Origin: Octopus bimaculoides
Lineage: Eukaryota
Direction of reading: 5' to 3'
Length of the DNA stretch: 60,519 nucleotides
Assembly: GCF_001194135.2 (NCBI RefSeq)
Contig: NC_069003.1
Span: 27,091,687 to 27,152,205 of the forward strand
Below, piece after piece: positions 24,580 through 37,417 of the stretch. A program made the translations under genes and the position numbers. Under the pieces are notes generated by a model, which was not told the origin of the DNA, did not search any database, and saw only the letters and a program-made list of their open reading frames with translations. Within the stretch, counting starts at the first letter, position 1; each line of letters begins with the position of its first letter.

Positions 24580-25760
24580 GTAAATATATCTATAAGTGCA
24601 TACTTGTATATATGTTTGCTGTGAGCGTGTGCATGTGTATATATAAACTTATGTGAAAGAAAAGCATTGTATTTGCAATACAGGCGCCATATTAATTTCT
24701 CGTTATTTTAAAATGATATAATTTTGGGGTATCGTTTGATTACTTAGCAGTTTCTACATATGACTGCGTATGTATAAGAGATCGTGTATGTGTGAAATGG
24801 TGTGCATATGTGAGTATGAGATTGTGCGCGTGCGCACGCGCGTGTGTATGTCTCTGTGTGTGTAAATGCGTATTTAGGTGCATGCACTCATATTTGAGTT
24901 CATGTATGAATGTGAATGCGTGTGGGGACGAACAAGCGGCCGAAATTATGAATGAGTTTTTGTATATTTATATACTATATATAAAAATTTCTATGTCCAA
25001 TTATCTAGGAAAATCCGGAGTAATGATTGGAGACGTTACAGGTTTCCAATAAATCATATCATTCTGCGATTTCAGTATTATTTTGTCAAACTTTTCTTTA
25101 CGGTAAATATGTACGCGCGCGTGCGTGAGCACATGAGCAGAGATGCTGTATGTATATACAGTACCGTATATACATATAGTACCGTATATACGTACATACA
25201 TATATACATATATATGTATATATATGTATATATATGTGTATNNNNNNNNNNNNNNNNNNNNNNNNNNNNNNNNNNNNNNNNNNNNNNNNNNNNNNNNNNN
25301 NNNNNNNNNNNNNNNNNNNNNNNNNNNNNNNNNNNNNNNNNNNNNNNNNNNNNNNNNNNNNNNNNNNNNNNNNNNNNNNNNNNNNNNNNNNNNNNNNNNN
25401 NNNNNNNNNNNNNNNNNNNNNNNNNNNNNNNNNNNNNNNNNNNNNNNNNNNNNNNNNNNNNNNNNNNNNNNNNNNNNNNNNNNNNNNNNNNNNNNNNNNN
25501 NNNNNNNNNNNNNNNNNNNNNNNNNNNNNNNNNNNNNNNNNNNNNNNNNNNNNNNNNNNNNNNNNNNNNNNNNNNNNNNNNNNNNNNNNNNNNNNNNNNN
25601 NNNNNNNNNNNNNNNNNNNNNNNNNNNNNNNNNNNNNNNNNNNATATATATATATATATAAGTTTAAAGAAAACAGGAAATGGAGAAATATTGATGAACA
25701 ACAATTGACTTACATCAGTTATTATTTATTAATTCAATGCAAATAGACTATATCCCGTCT

Positions 25761-25866
25761 ATCTAACAGCTGTTTCTGCTTCCAATGCTCTATGGTATTT
25801 CTATTGATGTGCTAAATATATTTAGTAATAAAACCGATCTGAAGCATGGAGCTTCATCAGAGTGAA
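25761..25866 (-). ncRNA. Second hammerhead-ribozyme-like motif with long stem II (degenerate)
   Basis: Minus strand reads CUGAUGA (25860-25854), a 77-nt imperfect hairpin, then GAAAC-AGCU-GUU with palindromic CAGCUG. Stem I is reduced to ~2 bp. Confidence 0.5.
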
Positions 25867-27257
25867 GAATAAAACAAAAGAAGAGCCTAGAGAAGAAAAA
25901 GGAGAAGTTGATTATGGTTGTGATCATACCCTTTTGCTTGTGTATCTCTAAGGGACGTTAAGTATATCTGACTAAACTTAAAATTGTATTTGGTGGATTA
26001 ATTCTTTGTACGGGATGGTGGTGGTGGATAGGATGGATAAATGATAAAAAAAAGAAAATAATGTAGGGATAAGCCAATAGGTTTTAGTCGGAGAAGTGGT
26101 GACGATACAATAAGATTTTCAATTAATCATAATAATTTTTAATAATTATGTTTATAGTACTACTAATTAATAGTATTTATCATAATAAAGCGTTAATCGA
26201 TTAAATGTAACTATTTATTTAGTAGTATGTGGTTAAGCTCTTCCACCTGTTGTCCGAAGTGGAGTAGGCCAAGGCCCAACGTTCGATATAAATGGTAAAT
26301 GGTCAGTTGAAATTTAAGAACAAAAGATCAGCTATTGAGACCGCCATACGCTGCAAGACAAATAAATAAATGAATGGGAAGATGGTGTATGTTGTATATA
26401 TATATATATTTATATATGTATGTATGTGTGTGTGTATACATATATATGTATGTATGTATACACGTATATATACGTGCGTATATATAATAATTGAAAACTT
26501 GAAAGATATATAAAAGATTTATGGATGTAATAAAGTGAAGAAATCTCTACCACAGTGTTGGAAGATGGCGCGAAGCAAGTTGATGAGGCACTTCGAAGTC
26601 ACAATTTATTGCTGCTTCATTTGGCGAATCATCAAAATCGCCAGCTGCAATCGTGGTGTATCTTAAGCTTGAACTGTCTCTTCAATTTTATTTAAATTAG
26701 TTATTTATAATACTCTGCTGTTGCACATTCGGCACTGAATAATATTCGATGTGATTTTTGTGCGCACTCTAATAATAATGATAATAATAATAAAATAANN
26801 NNNNNNNNAGTACATACATACAAACACACATATACATACATGCATATATATATATAAATGGCACACACATACATATATACATATATATTTATATTTATGT
26901 TATGTACATTAGGTCATCAACCAGCAGTCCGAAATACAATGATGCAATGGTTTAAAATCTTAATTAAGAATTCCGATTAACCGCAGAGACACTCAGAACC
27001 ATTGATTATGCGAGAGAGGTTTTGATAGCAATTTGATTTTAATGGAAATTCTCAAGTGTGCGGGGAGAGAAAATGTGAAAGAAATCTATAAGAACACTCT
27101 ATTCCTTCCAACTAACTTCAAATTCCACATAGAATAACGGATTATTAGTTGCCAATAACGGGAGAAAGAAGGTAGTTGTTTGGCCCACTAGAAAGCGCAG
27201 TGAAATTTTCCTGTTTCTGTATTAAGGAAAGGTTTTTATAAGATAAAATATGCATGT

Positions 27258-27480
27258 TTTATCTTTTGTCGTTAACTTGTTTCAGTCACTGGACTGCAGC
27301 CATACTGGGCATCGACTTGAGTGATTTAGTCGAAGCGAACGCTTTTTGTACATGTTATGTATTCTAGTTTATTACATATCCAAGTGGTTTCTATTCCCTA
27401 TCTGCTAAACGGGGGGCTTAAACAAACGAACCAACGCCGATTGTCAAACGGGTGGGGTGAGAGCATAATCACAAAGACAC
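27258..27480 (-). mobile_element. SINE family B-type 3' half, diverged
   Basis: CTTGTTTCAGTCACTGGACTGCAGCCATACTGG...CCAACGCCGATTGTCAAACGG...CACAAAGACAC. Confidence 0.75.
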
Positions 27481-27533
27481 CACACATACATACATACAAA
27501 CGGACACATGTATATATATATATTTATATTCAT

Positions 27534-27585
<52 letters not shown>

Positions 27586-27605
27586 TCACATATGGATTAT
27601 CTATC

Positions 27606-27659
<54 letters not shown>

Positions 27660-27744
27660 CACATCAAGTATGTATGTATATACATTAGTGTATATGTGTG
27701 TGTGTATATATATACACTTATATATGTGCATATATATATATATG

Positions 27745-27780
<36 letters not shown>

Positions 27781-28452
27781 CATGCATATATATATAGATA
27801 GATAGATAAAAAAAATTATATATATATATATCTGCATGTGTAGGGGTTTACATATATTTTATGTATGTGTATGTATGTACTCATAATATATGTGCACAGA
27901 GCCTCATAGAGTAATATACACCTCCATACTCAACTATCATTACACTGCAATATATTCTTCTTAATGAGACAATCAACCCATTAGCCAAGAAAAGGTTTCA
28001 GCAAAACTGAATTGAAAAAAAAATCAAGGCAATAACAAAACACGAAAAAAAAAACAAAAAAACAAAAAACAAAAAAAACAAATACACCTTGATATTGCTT
28101 TCCTTCTCATCTTTGTTAAATTGATGAAACTGTATCCAGAAAGAGCCAAAAGGTTAAACAGTATGTTAATAATAATCAATAGACTATTTATTCAACCCGT
28201 CACCTTGAAGTTGTATTTCACCGACATCCAGAACGGTAAAATACAACGGTTCTATGTACAGTACGAATAGTTGAACACATACGCACGCCCTTAAATAAAC
28301 CAAACGCACACAGACACGTGTTCTTAGACACACAGCCGCACGCACTCTTTGCATGCACATACATATACACACCCAACATAAACATATATTTTATATATAT
28401 GTGTGTGTGTGTGTGTATACCTGTATACATTCATATGTATATACATAGGAAT

Positions 28453-28484
<32 letters not shown>

Positions 28485-29042
28485 NNNNNNNNNNNNNNNN
28501 NNNNNNNNNNNNNNNNNNNNNNNNNNNNNNNNNNNNNNNNNNNNNNNNNNNNNNNNNNNNNNNNNNNNNNNNNNNNNNNNNNNNNNNNNNNNNNNNNNNN
28601 NNNNNNNNNNNNNNNNNNNNNNNNNNNNNNNNNNNNNNNNNNNNNNNNNNNNNNNNNNNNNNNNNNNNNNNNNNNNNNNNNNNNNNNNNNNNNNNNNNNN
28701 NNNNNNNNNNNNNNNNNNNNNNNNNNNNNNNNNNNNNNNNNNNNNNNNNNNNNNNNNNNNNNNNNNNNNNNNNNNNNNNNNNNNNNNNNNNNNNNNNNNN
28801 NNNNNNNNNNNNNNNNNNNNNNNNNNNNNNNNNNNNNNNNNNNNNNNNNNNNNNNNNNNNNNNNNNNNNNNNNNNNNNNNNNNNNNNNNNNNNNNNNNNN
28901 TATATATTTATATATATATATATATATACATACATGCATATATGGATACAGGCCGTCACTAATAGTAAACAACATGAAATACGAAAGCAAATGACGAGAG
29001 AAACAAATGGTAAAAAAGGAAAAGTAACATAAAGAATGACCC

Positions 29043-29143
29043 TTCATCAGTTGTTAGCTGTCTGTCTACTCCTCATTTCGAAGACTCATATTGTTGTTCA
29101 ATGCTCGAAACGAGGAGCAGATAGACGGCCAACAACTGATGAA
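29043..29143. repeat. Fold-back inverted repeat: 39-bp arms, 23-nt loop
   Basis: Arms 29043-29081 and 29105-29143 match at 34/39; all five differences are transitions. Confidence 0.9.
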
Positions 29144-30401
29144 TATATATATATATATGCAGTCCATTCAACCAGTTTCTATTTGTATTTGTATGGTGTA
29201 GCTTCCTCTTCTTAAACGCCATATATAGACGGTTAACTTTGTAATATAGCGCATCTCTTGTATTTAAAAAGAGGATCGGTGATTATTCATCCTTGATTTA
29301 AAGGATACCTCCGTAGCCCCACACTTCTGTGATAAGAAGGCAATCTATAAATTTATACTATTACCCCGTCCCTTTTTGGTCGTTCTCAATTGATGCCAGA
29401 TAATTCCGGTAGATCGTGATGTATTGAATAACATTCACTAAAATTGTTTCATTAAATGAACTGTCTCACTTATTTGGAGAATGAAAATACAATCCTATTA
29501 ACGTCTGTTAGAAATAATCAAAGAAAAGGGGAGATGACTGAAATCAGACAGTTAACCCAGATCAATCATACTTAGAAAATGAATTATATTACAGTAATTC
29601 TTAATTTCATTCAATTATCTCCCCTTTTCTCTGAGAGATCATACTATTTGCCGATAGGTTTTTGTTTTCTTTCTCCAAATAGGAGGAAAATATTATTTAA
29701 TTATTCAATAGAACTGTTAGACTTTATTTGACATTGATTCTGTTACATACAGTATAAATTAATTCAATGAATAATATTAGTTCAATTACTTTCTCTGTTT
29801 TTTTTTTTTGTGAAATAATAAGTTATCAACACTGAAAAATAACTATGCGAAAGACTTGACCTTTCAATTTAGAAAACAATTGAAAACAACAAATATATAT
29901 AAAAGAAGAATTATTATTTAATATTATTCAATAATTCAATTATTTAAAAATATTCTCCGCTCACATTCAGTACATCCCCGTTTTAAGTACTTATTTAACN
30001 NNNNNNNNNNNNNNNNNNNNNNNNNNNNNNNNNNNNNNNNNNNNNNNNNNNNNNNNNNNNNNNNNNNNNNNNNNNNNNNNNNNNNNNNNNNNNNNNNNNN
30101 NNNNNNNNNNNNNNNNNNNNNNNNNNNNNNNNNNNNNNNNNNNNNNNNNNNNNNNNNNNNNNNNNNNNNNNNNNNNNNNNNNNNNNNNNNNNNNNNNNNN
30201 NNNNNNNNNNNNNNNNNNNNNNNNNNNNNNNNNNNNNNNNNNNNNNNNNNNNNNNNNNNNNNNNNNNNNNNNNNNNNNNNNNNNNNNNNNNNNNNNNNNN
30301 NNNNNNNNNNNNNNNNNNNNNNNNNNNNNNNNNNNNNNNNNNNNNNNNNNNNNNNNNNNNNNNNNNNNNNNNNNNATATATATAGATAGATAGATAGATA
30401 T

Positions 30402-30436
<35 letters not shown>

Positions 30437-30525
30437 TGTATGTTTGTTTGCATGTATGCATGTATGTATGTATTTGCTCAAATAAAAGAATTATATCTAA
30501 TGAACATTATTCTTAACTTGGGTCT

Positions 30526-30556
<31 letters not shown>

Positions 30557-30696
30557 ATGTGTCTGTGTATGTGTGTGTCTGTGTATGTGTGTGTCTGTAT
30601 ATGTGTGTGTCTATATATAGATGTGTGTGTGTATCTATCTATATACACCAACCGAAAGATACATGTAATATATTTATGTGTGCGCGTATGTGTGTG

Positions 30697-30740
<44 letters not shown>

Positions 30741-30931
30741 TGTGTATGTGTCCGTCCGTGTGTCTGTCTGTGTGCTCTTCTATTCTCTATTTATGCTTAA
30801 CCATTTGAACCATAGTGAACTCGCGTTATCGATTGTGCACGATGTTGGAAGAAATAATACACACACACACACATACACATACAAACACATATATACACAC
30901 ACATATATACATATACATATATATACATATT

Positions 30932-30997
<66 letters not shown>

Positions 30998-32089
30998 NNN
31001 NNNNNNNNNNNNNNNNNNNNNNNNNNNNNNNNNNNNNNNNNNNNNNNNNNNNNNNNNNNNNNNNNNNNNNNNNNNNNNNNNNNNNNNNNNNNNNNNNNNN
31101 NNNNNNNNNNNNNNNNNNNNNNNNNNNNNNNNNNNNNNNNNNNNNNNNNNNNNNNNNNNNNNNNNNNNNNNNNNNNNNNNNNNNNNNNNNNNNNNNNNNN
31201 NNNNNNNNNNNNNNNNNNNNNNNNNNNNNNNNNNNNNNNNNNNNNNNNNNNNNNNNNNNNNNNNNNNNNNNNNNNNNNNNNNNNNNNNNNNNNNNNNNNN
31301 NNNNNNNNNNNNNNNNNNNNNNNNNNNNNNNNNNNNNNNNNNNNNNNNNNNNNNNNNNNNNNNNNNNNNNNNNNNNNNNNNNNNNNNNNNNNNNNNNNNN
31401 NNNNNNNNNNNNNNNNNNNNNNNNNNNNNNNNNNNNNNNNNNNNNNNNNNNNNNNNNNNNNNNNNNNNNNNNNNNNNNNNNNNNNNNNNNNNNNNNNNNN
31501 NNNNNNNNNNNNNNNNNNNNNNNNNNNNNNNNNNNNNNNNNNNNNNNNNNNNNNNNNNNNNNNNNNNNNNNNNNNNNNNNNNNNNNNNNNNNNNNNNNNN
31601 NNNNNNNNNNNNNNNNNNNNNNNNNNNNNNNNNNNNNNNNNNNNNNNNNNNNNNNNNNNNNNNNNNNNNNNNNNNNNNNNNNNNNNNNNNNNNNNNNNNN
31701 NNNNNNNNNNNNNNNNNNNNNNNNNNNNNNNNNNNNNNNNNNNNNNNNNNNNNNNNNNNNNNNNNNNNNNNNNNNNNNNNNNNNNNNNNNNNNNNNNNNN
31801 NNNNNNNNNNNNNNNNNNNNNNNNNNNNNNNNNNNNNNNNNNNNNNNNNNNNNNNNNNNNNNNNNNNNNNNNNNNNNNNNNNNNNNNNNNNNNNNNNNNN
31901 NNNNNNNNNNNNNNNNNNNNNNNNNNNNNNNNNNNNNNNNNNNNNNNNNNNNNNNNTATATATATATACAAGAATAAGGGCAGGGAATCGTCAATTAATA
32001 ATAGAATTAATAATTAACAATTTTGCCAAGTAGTTCAGTATGAAAAAACCTTTATCGGTAAAACCATTTATCATCATAAATATACGGGG

Positions 32090-32130
<41 letters not shown>

Positions 32131-33059
32131 GCGCGCGCACACAAACACACACACATACACACATAAATCCAGAGCTGCATAGCTGGGGTCGTGCACTCGG
32201 CAAAAATGTGCAAATGTCAATATTATTACTTAACACCAAATCCTTCTCGCCTCCTCCTCCTCCTCGTTATCATCATCATCAACATAATCATCATGAACAA
32301 CAACTGCAAAAGCAACAGGTAGAAATAACAGTAGCTCAATTGTGTTGTTGGTCGGTGAAATATTGGAGAAGAGAATGATGTATACATTTGGCGGAGAATG
32401 TGAATGGCGTGTATAACATTGATTTGTCATACAGGTGTTTTAGATACATATCGATGCTAAATATTATCGAATAAAAGATGGTAAAAACAAAAGTTGGGAA
32501 TGGAAAGGAAAGGGAAAATAATAAAAAAAAGGCACAACAATGAAAATAAACAATAAACAGTATAGAAATGTGCTCGAAATAAAAATTAAAATAAAGATGA
32601 AGAAAACGAACAACAAATAGTTACGCCTTTTCCATGTCCCAAACAAAACAAACACTGCGATAAATAATGCAATCCCGTTAATGAAGAATTGAACCACCTC
32701 AACACGAAACTACAGGCACCAGAACAACAGCGCTGTGTTGTTGTTTAGCACTAGATCCAGTTGATTTATTATTGATAGTATTCCATATTGTGTAGCCATT
32801 GCTACACTAATCCAATCTATGTGGCTGTTTTTATAGAACAGTAGAATGAGATTTGAAGGTGATTTGGTTACTGCTTCTAGCAGTTCGACTGATGATCTTA
32901 TAATAGGTTCGGTTGTATTACTGGTATCCTATCCACTGTTGAGTATTGAATGGAAAGACCTGTTGTTTTTTTTTATGGTGGCACGGACTCTATTTCAATA
33001 ACTGGCTCACTGTATTCGATGCTATAGAATGTTATGTAACCGTCAAAATCGAATTGAAC

Positions 33060-33640
33060 ATGAATGATGAGGTAAAAGTCAATGTTGAGTTGAAAGTCAA
33101 TGTCAAACTGAAGAGCAATGTAAAAAACAAAGGTCAGTGTCAAGATGAAACGTCAGACTCAAGAAAAAGATCGAAAAAGGTCAAAGTCAAGATAAATATG
33201 GACGTCAGTGTCAAGACGAGCGTCAATCGCAACGTCAATATGAATGACAGTATTACTGAGAATGTCAACGTCAAGACGATCGTCTACGTCAAGATGGCGT
33301 TCAATGTCATGATGATGATGATGATGATGATGGTGATCATGATGAAGATGATGATGATGATGATGATCAAAATGATGGTGATCATGATGATGATGATGAT
33401 GGTGGTGATGATGATGCTGATGATGACGATGCTGATGATAATGTTGNNNNNNNNNNNNNNNNNNNNNNNNNNNNNNNNNNNNNNNNNNNNNNNNNNNNNN
33501 NNNNNNNNNNNNNNNNNNNNNNNATGAAGATGATGATGATGATGATGATCAAAATGATGGTGATCATGATGATGATGATGATGGTGGTGATGATGATGCT
33601 GATGATGACGATGCTGATGATAATGTTGATGGCTGTGATG
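33060..33640. repeat. Cryptic (GTCAAN)n hexamer array grading into (GAT)n
   Basis: GTCAAT/GTCAAG/GTCAGT recur in a 6-bp register over 33075-33310, followed by (GAT)n. Confidence 0.75.
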
Positions 33641-34260
33641 GTTGTGGTGATAGATTTGTTGCGATGGTTGTCATCGGCATATGATATAACAGTTCTATTT
33701 ATTTTTTTCTTTGTTTTATTGCTTTATTGAAAGAGATTCCTGTTTCAAAAATTGAAGAGGAACAAAGACACAAAAAACAAACAAACAAATATGTAGGCAA
33801 TAATGAAGGGGACACATCGACTTTAACTACTATCTTTATAGGCCGGAGAGAAAATACTGGAATTTTAATATTATGTAAATATTCTCCGCCATCAACCGCT
33901 GCAGGGTCCTGCTGTCTACAATCTGTCGTTATGTTTGCGAAGCATAAAAGAGAAGTAAGACAGTATTTTTTTGTTATCCAGCTCCGCATACACGAATATA
34001 TTTATGTTATGTATATATTAAAGATATAAATATATATTTCGTAAATATAACGAGAATATTTCTCCGTGCAAGAATTTTTCTTTGCAAAGGGTGTGTGTAT
34101 ATATATATGTATGTATGCATGTATGTATGTATATATGAATGCATGTATGTATGTATATATGTAGGTATGTATATATATTATATATGTATGCACATATTTA
34201 TGTATATATGTGTATATACATATGTACATATATATTTGTATATACATATGTGTATATGTG

Positions 34261-34357
<97 letters not shown>

Positions 34358-34899
34358 TTATGCATATATTTATGTATATATGCAGTAAACACACTACAAA
34401 TTCATGCGTTTTTTAATCCTTCTGCCGAGAGGAAATGTAACTGTAGCACAATTCAAGCAGAAATACCGGATGATGCTTTTAAAGAAGAATTAAGGACGCG
34501 TCAATGTAATAGATAAGATAGTTTTGCCAACAAAAGCTCCAGTTACATAATATTGCATATATTGCATAAGAAACGTTGTAACGAGTTATTGTTAGACAAT
34601 GCTGGTATGTACTCCGATTTTCAGACAGTAAATTGTGATATTTATAATCGTCTTTCTACATAGCTATTAACCTTGATATTGCTCAAAACATACACAGAGT
34701 AAGAAAAAGATGAGGAAGGGAGAGAGGGGGCAGAGAGAGAGACAGACAGCCCGACAGACAGTCCGATAGACAAACTGATAGACAGATAAAAGAGATACAG
34801 AGAGTGAGAGAGAGAGATACAGAGAAACGCACATACATATATATGTATATATATATATATATATACATCTATATATCTATCTAGCTGTATATAAGTTCG

Positions 34900-34972
<73 letters not shown>

Positions 34973-36132
34973 TTGTCTGTCTGTATGTGCGTTTGTGTCT
35001 ATGCATGTACGTATGTATGTCTGTACGTGTGTATGTATCCGTTATTAACGAGGGAAGAAGTATTAGGTCAAATTGGGCACAACATCTTGCATATCATTCN
35101 NNNNNNNNNNNNNNNNNNNNNNNNNNNNNNNNNNNNNNNNNNNNNNNNNNNNNNNNNNNNNNNNNNNNNNNNNNNNNNNNNNNNNNNNNNNNNNNNNNNN
35201 NNNNNNNNNNNNNNNNNNNNNNNNNNNNNNNNNNNNNNNNNNNNNNNNNNNNNNNNNNNNNNNNNNNNNNNNNNNNNNNNNNNNNNNNNNNNNNNNNNNN
35301 NNNNNNNNNNNNNNNNNNNNNNNNNNNNNNNNNNNNNNNNNNNNNNNNNNNNNNNNNNNNNNNNNNNNNNNNNNNNNNNNNNNNNNNNNNNNNNNNNNNN
35401 NNNNNNNNNNNNNNNNNNNNNNNNNNNNNNNNNNNNNNNNNNNNNNNNNNNNNNNNNNNNNNNNNNNNNNNNNNNNNNNNNNNNNNNNNNNNNNNNNNNN
35501 NNNNNNNNNNNNNNNNNNNNNNNNNNNNNNNNNNNNNNNNNNNNNNNNNNNNNNNNNNNNNNNNNNNNNNNNNNNNNNNNNNNNNNNNNNNNNNNNNNNN
35601 NNNNNNNNNNTATATATATATATATCCAGCATCTCACATAGTCATATAACATTTGGGAACATAATTCGACGACAGCGTATTAATACGACAAGAAATGAAA
35701 GAAAAACCATAGTTACTCTCTTTATGTGTTGTCATAATTTCTATTTTTGTTATTTTACGAAATATTATGACAGTAATACCTGAGCTTATATACTTAATTT
35801 GGTGATCCAAGAGACTAAACGATAATAGCCAGTACTAAATATTATAGACAATACTAACCGTTATTGACTCTCAATGGTCATTCAACCTATTAACTCAATT
35901 TTACTGCCGACACTACAAATGACTACCGCTGACAGCAGTAAGCGATAAACTCACCAATAGTGTCTAGTTTAGCTACAAATACTAAGTATTGAGAACATAG
36001 TGTACGAAACTTATAAATATTCTTCCGACAGGATTCTAGAATAGCAGAATATATTTCGTAGTACAGATCCGTTATATGTACATACATAGATACATACACG
36101 CACATACCACACACACACACATATATATCTGC

Positions 36133-36282
<150 letters not shown>

Positions 36283-36563
36283 GTACGTGTGTGTGTGCAT
36301 GTGTATGTGTATATATGTATATATATATGCATGCATATATATATATATACATGTATAAATATGATATGTATATATATAATGTGTATATGTGTGTGTACGT
36401 TTGTGTTTGTGTATATGTGTGTCTGTGTATGTGTGTGTGTTTGTGTGTGCATGTGATGGAATCTCCCGTCGAAGTGCTCAGCTTTTCAGAACGTCAAAAC
36501 TTAGTGCGTATGCGCTGCTGCGCTCAAAGTCAATCTGCACTTTACTCTGCGTTCTTTAGCTTC

Positions 36564-36577
36564 GTTACTATGGCAAC
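36564..36577. promoter_or_regulatory. RFX X-box motif
   Basis: GTTACTATGGCAAC fits GTYNCYATRGNAAC and sits in a short CpG-richer unique island (36455-36600). Confidence 0.45.
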
Positions 36578-36751
36578 AATCCGGATACTTATTGATCAGA
36601 CTACGTATATGTATATGAATGTATATATATGTATACACACGTAAAATTAATATTTGTCTATATATACATATACATGATATATGCATATATACACACATAT
36701 ACACATGCACACACACACACACGCTCATACATATTTATAGATGTATGTATG

Positions 36752-36784
<33 letters not shown>

Positions 36785-36980
36785 NNNNNNNNNNNNNNNN
36801 NNNNNNNNNNNNNNNNNNNNNNNNNNNNNNNNNNNNNNNNNNNNNNNNNNNNNNNNNNNNNNNNNNNNNNNNNNNNNNNNNNNNNNNNNNNNNNNNNNNN
36901 NNNNNNNNNNNNNNNNNNNNNNNNNNNNNNNNNNNNNNNNNNNNNNNNNNNNNNNNNNNNNNNNNTCTTAATAATTTCAG

Positions 36981-37172
36981 TCGAGAAGGGAGAATGTGTA
37001 TTTGGTTGGGGGTGGGAGTTATTTCTGAATGAATCTAATACAGACGTGACATTGTTGGAGACTATCACGTATTATAGGTCTGCAAATAGTTGTTATAACA
37101 GACTGGGTCACTCAGACAGAATAAATGATAATTTTTGTTTTACATTTAAATTCCGTACTACATGTCCTCTCA
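36981..37172 (+). pseudogene. Candidate exon or relic of a trypsin-family (S1) serine protease-like gene
   Basis: ATAATTTCAG| acceptor, then EKGECVFGWGW...TLLETITYYRSANSCYNRLGHSDRINDNFCFTFKFRTTCPL. Cys spacing 32/15/9 versus chymotrypsin 32/14/9. No GDSGG and no good donor site. Confidence 0.3.
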
Positions 37173-37417
37173 CACGTACACACCACCACAGAGAGACACT
37201 ACGTGATCATTTAATCTACTAGCAATAGCAAATAAATGTTCCTTTATTGAAACCAAAGGGTCAGGGTTAATAAATGAAGCTTAACACAGTGTACTCTAGG
37301 CAAAACGAAAAAAAACATCTTGGTTCTCTTTCAAACGGTTTTGATCATGTCTGCCAGATAAATGTTGATATGCTAAATGAAAATTTCAGCATAAATATTT
37401 GTAATTATATATATATA

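Noticed and set aside
26220-26370. Minus-strand acceptor TTGTCTTGCAG with downstream donor
   Set aside because: All three frames contain stop codons.
33342-33628. Exact 105-bp direct repeat on both sides of a 77-N gap (33342-33446, 33524-33628)
   Set aside because: Identical sequence flanking a gap is the signature of unmerged overlapping contig ends.
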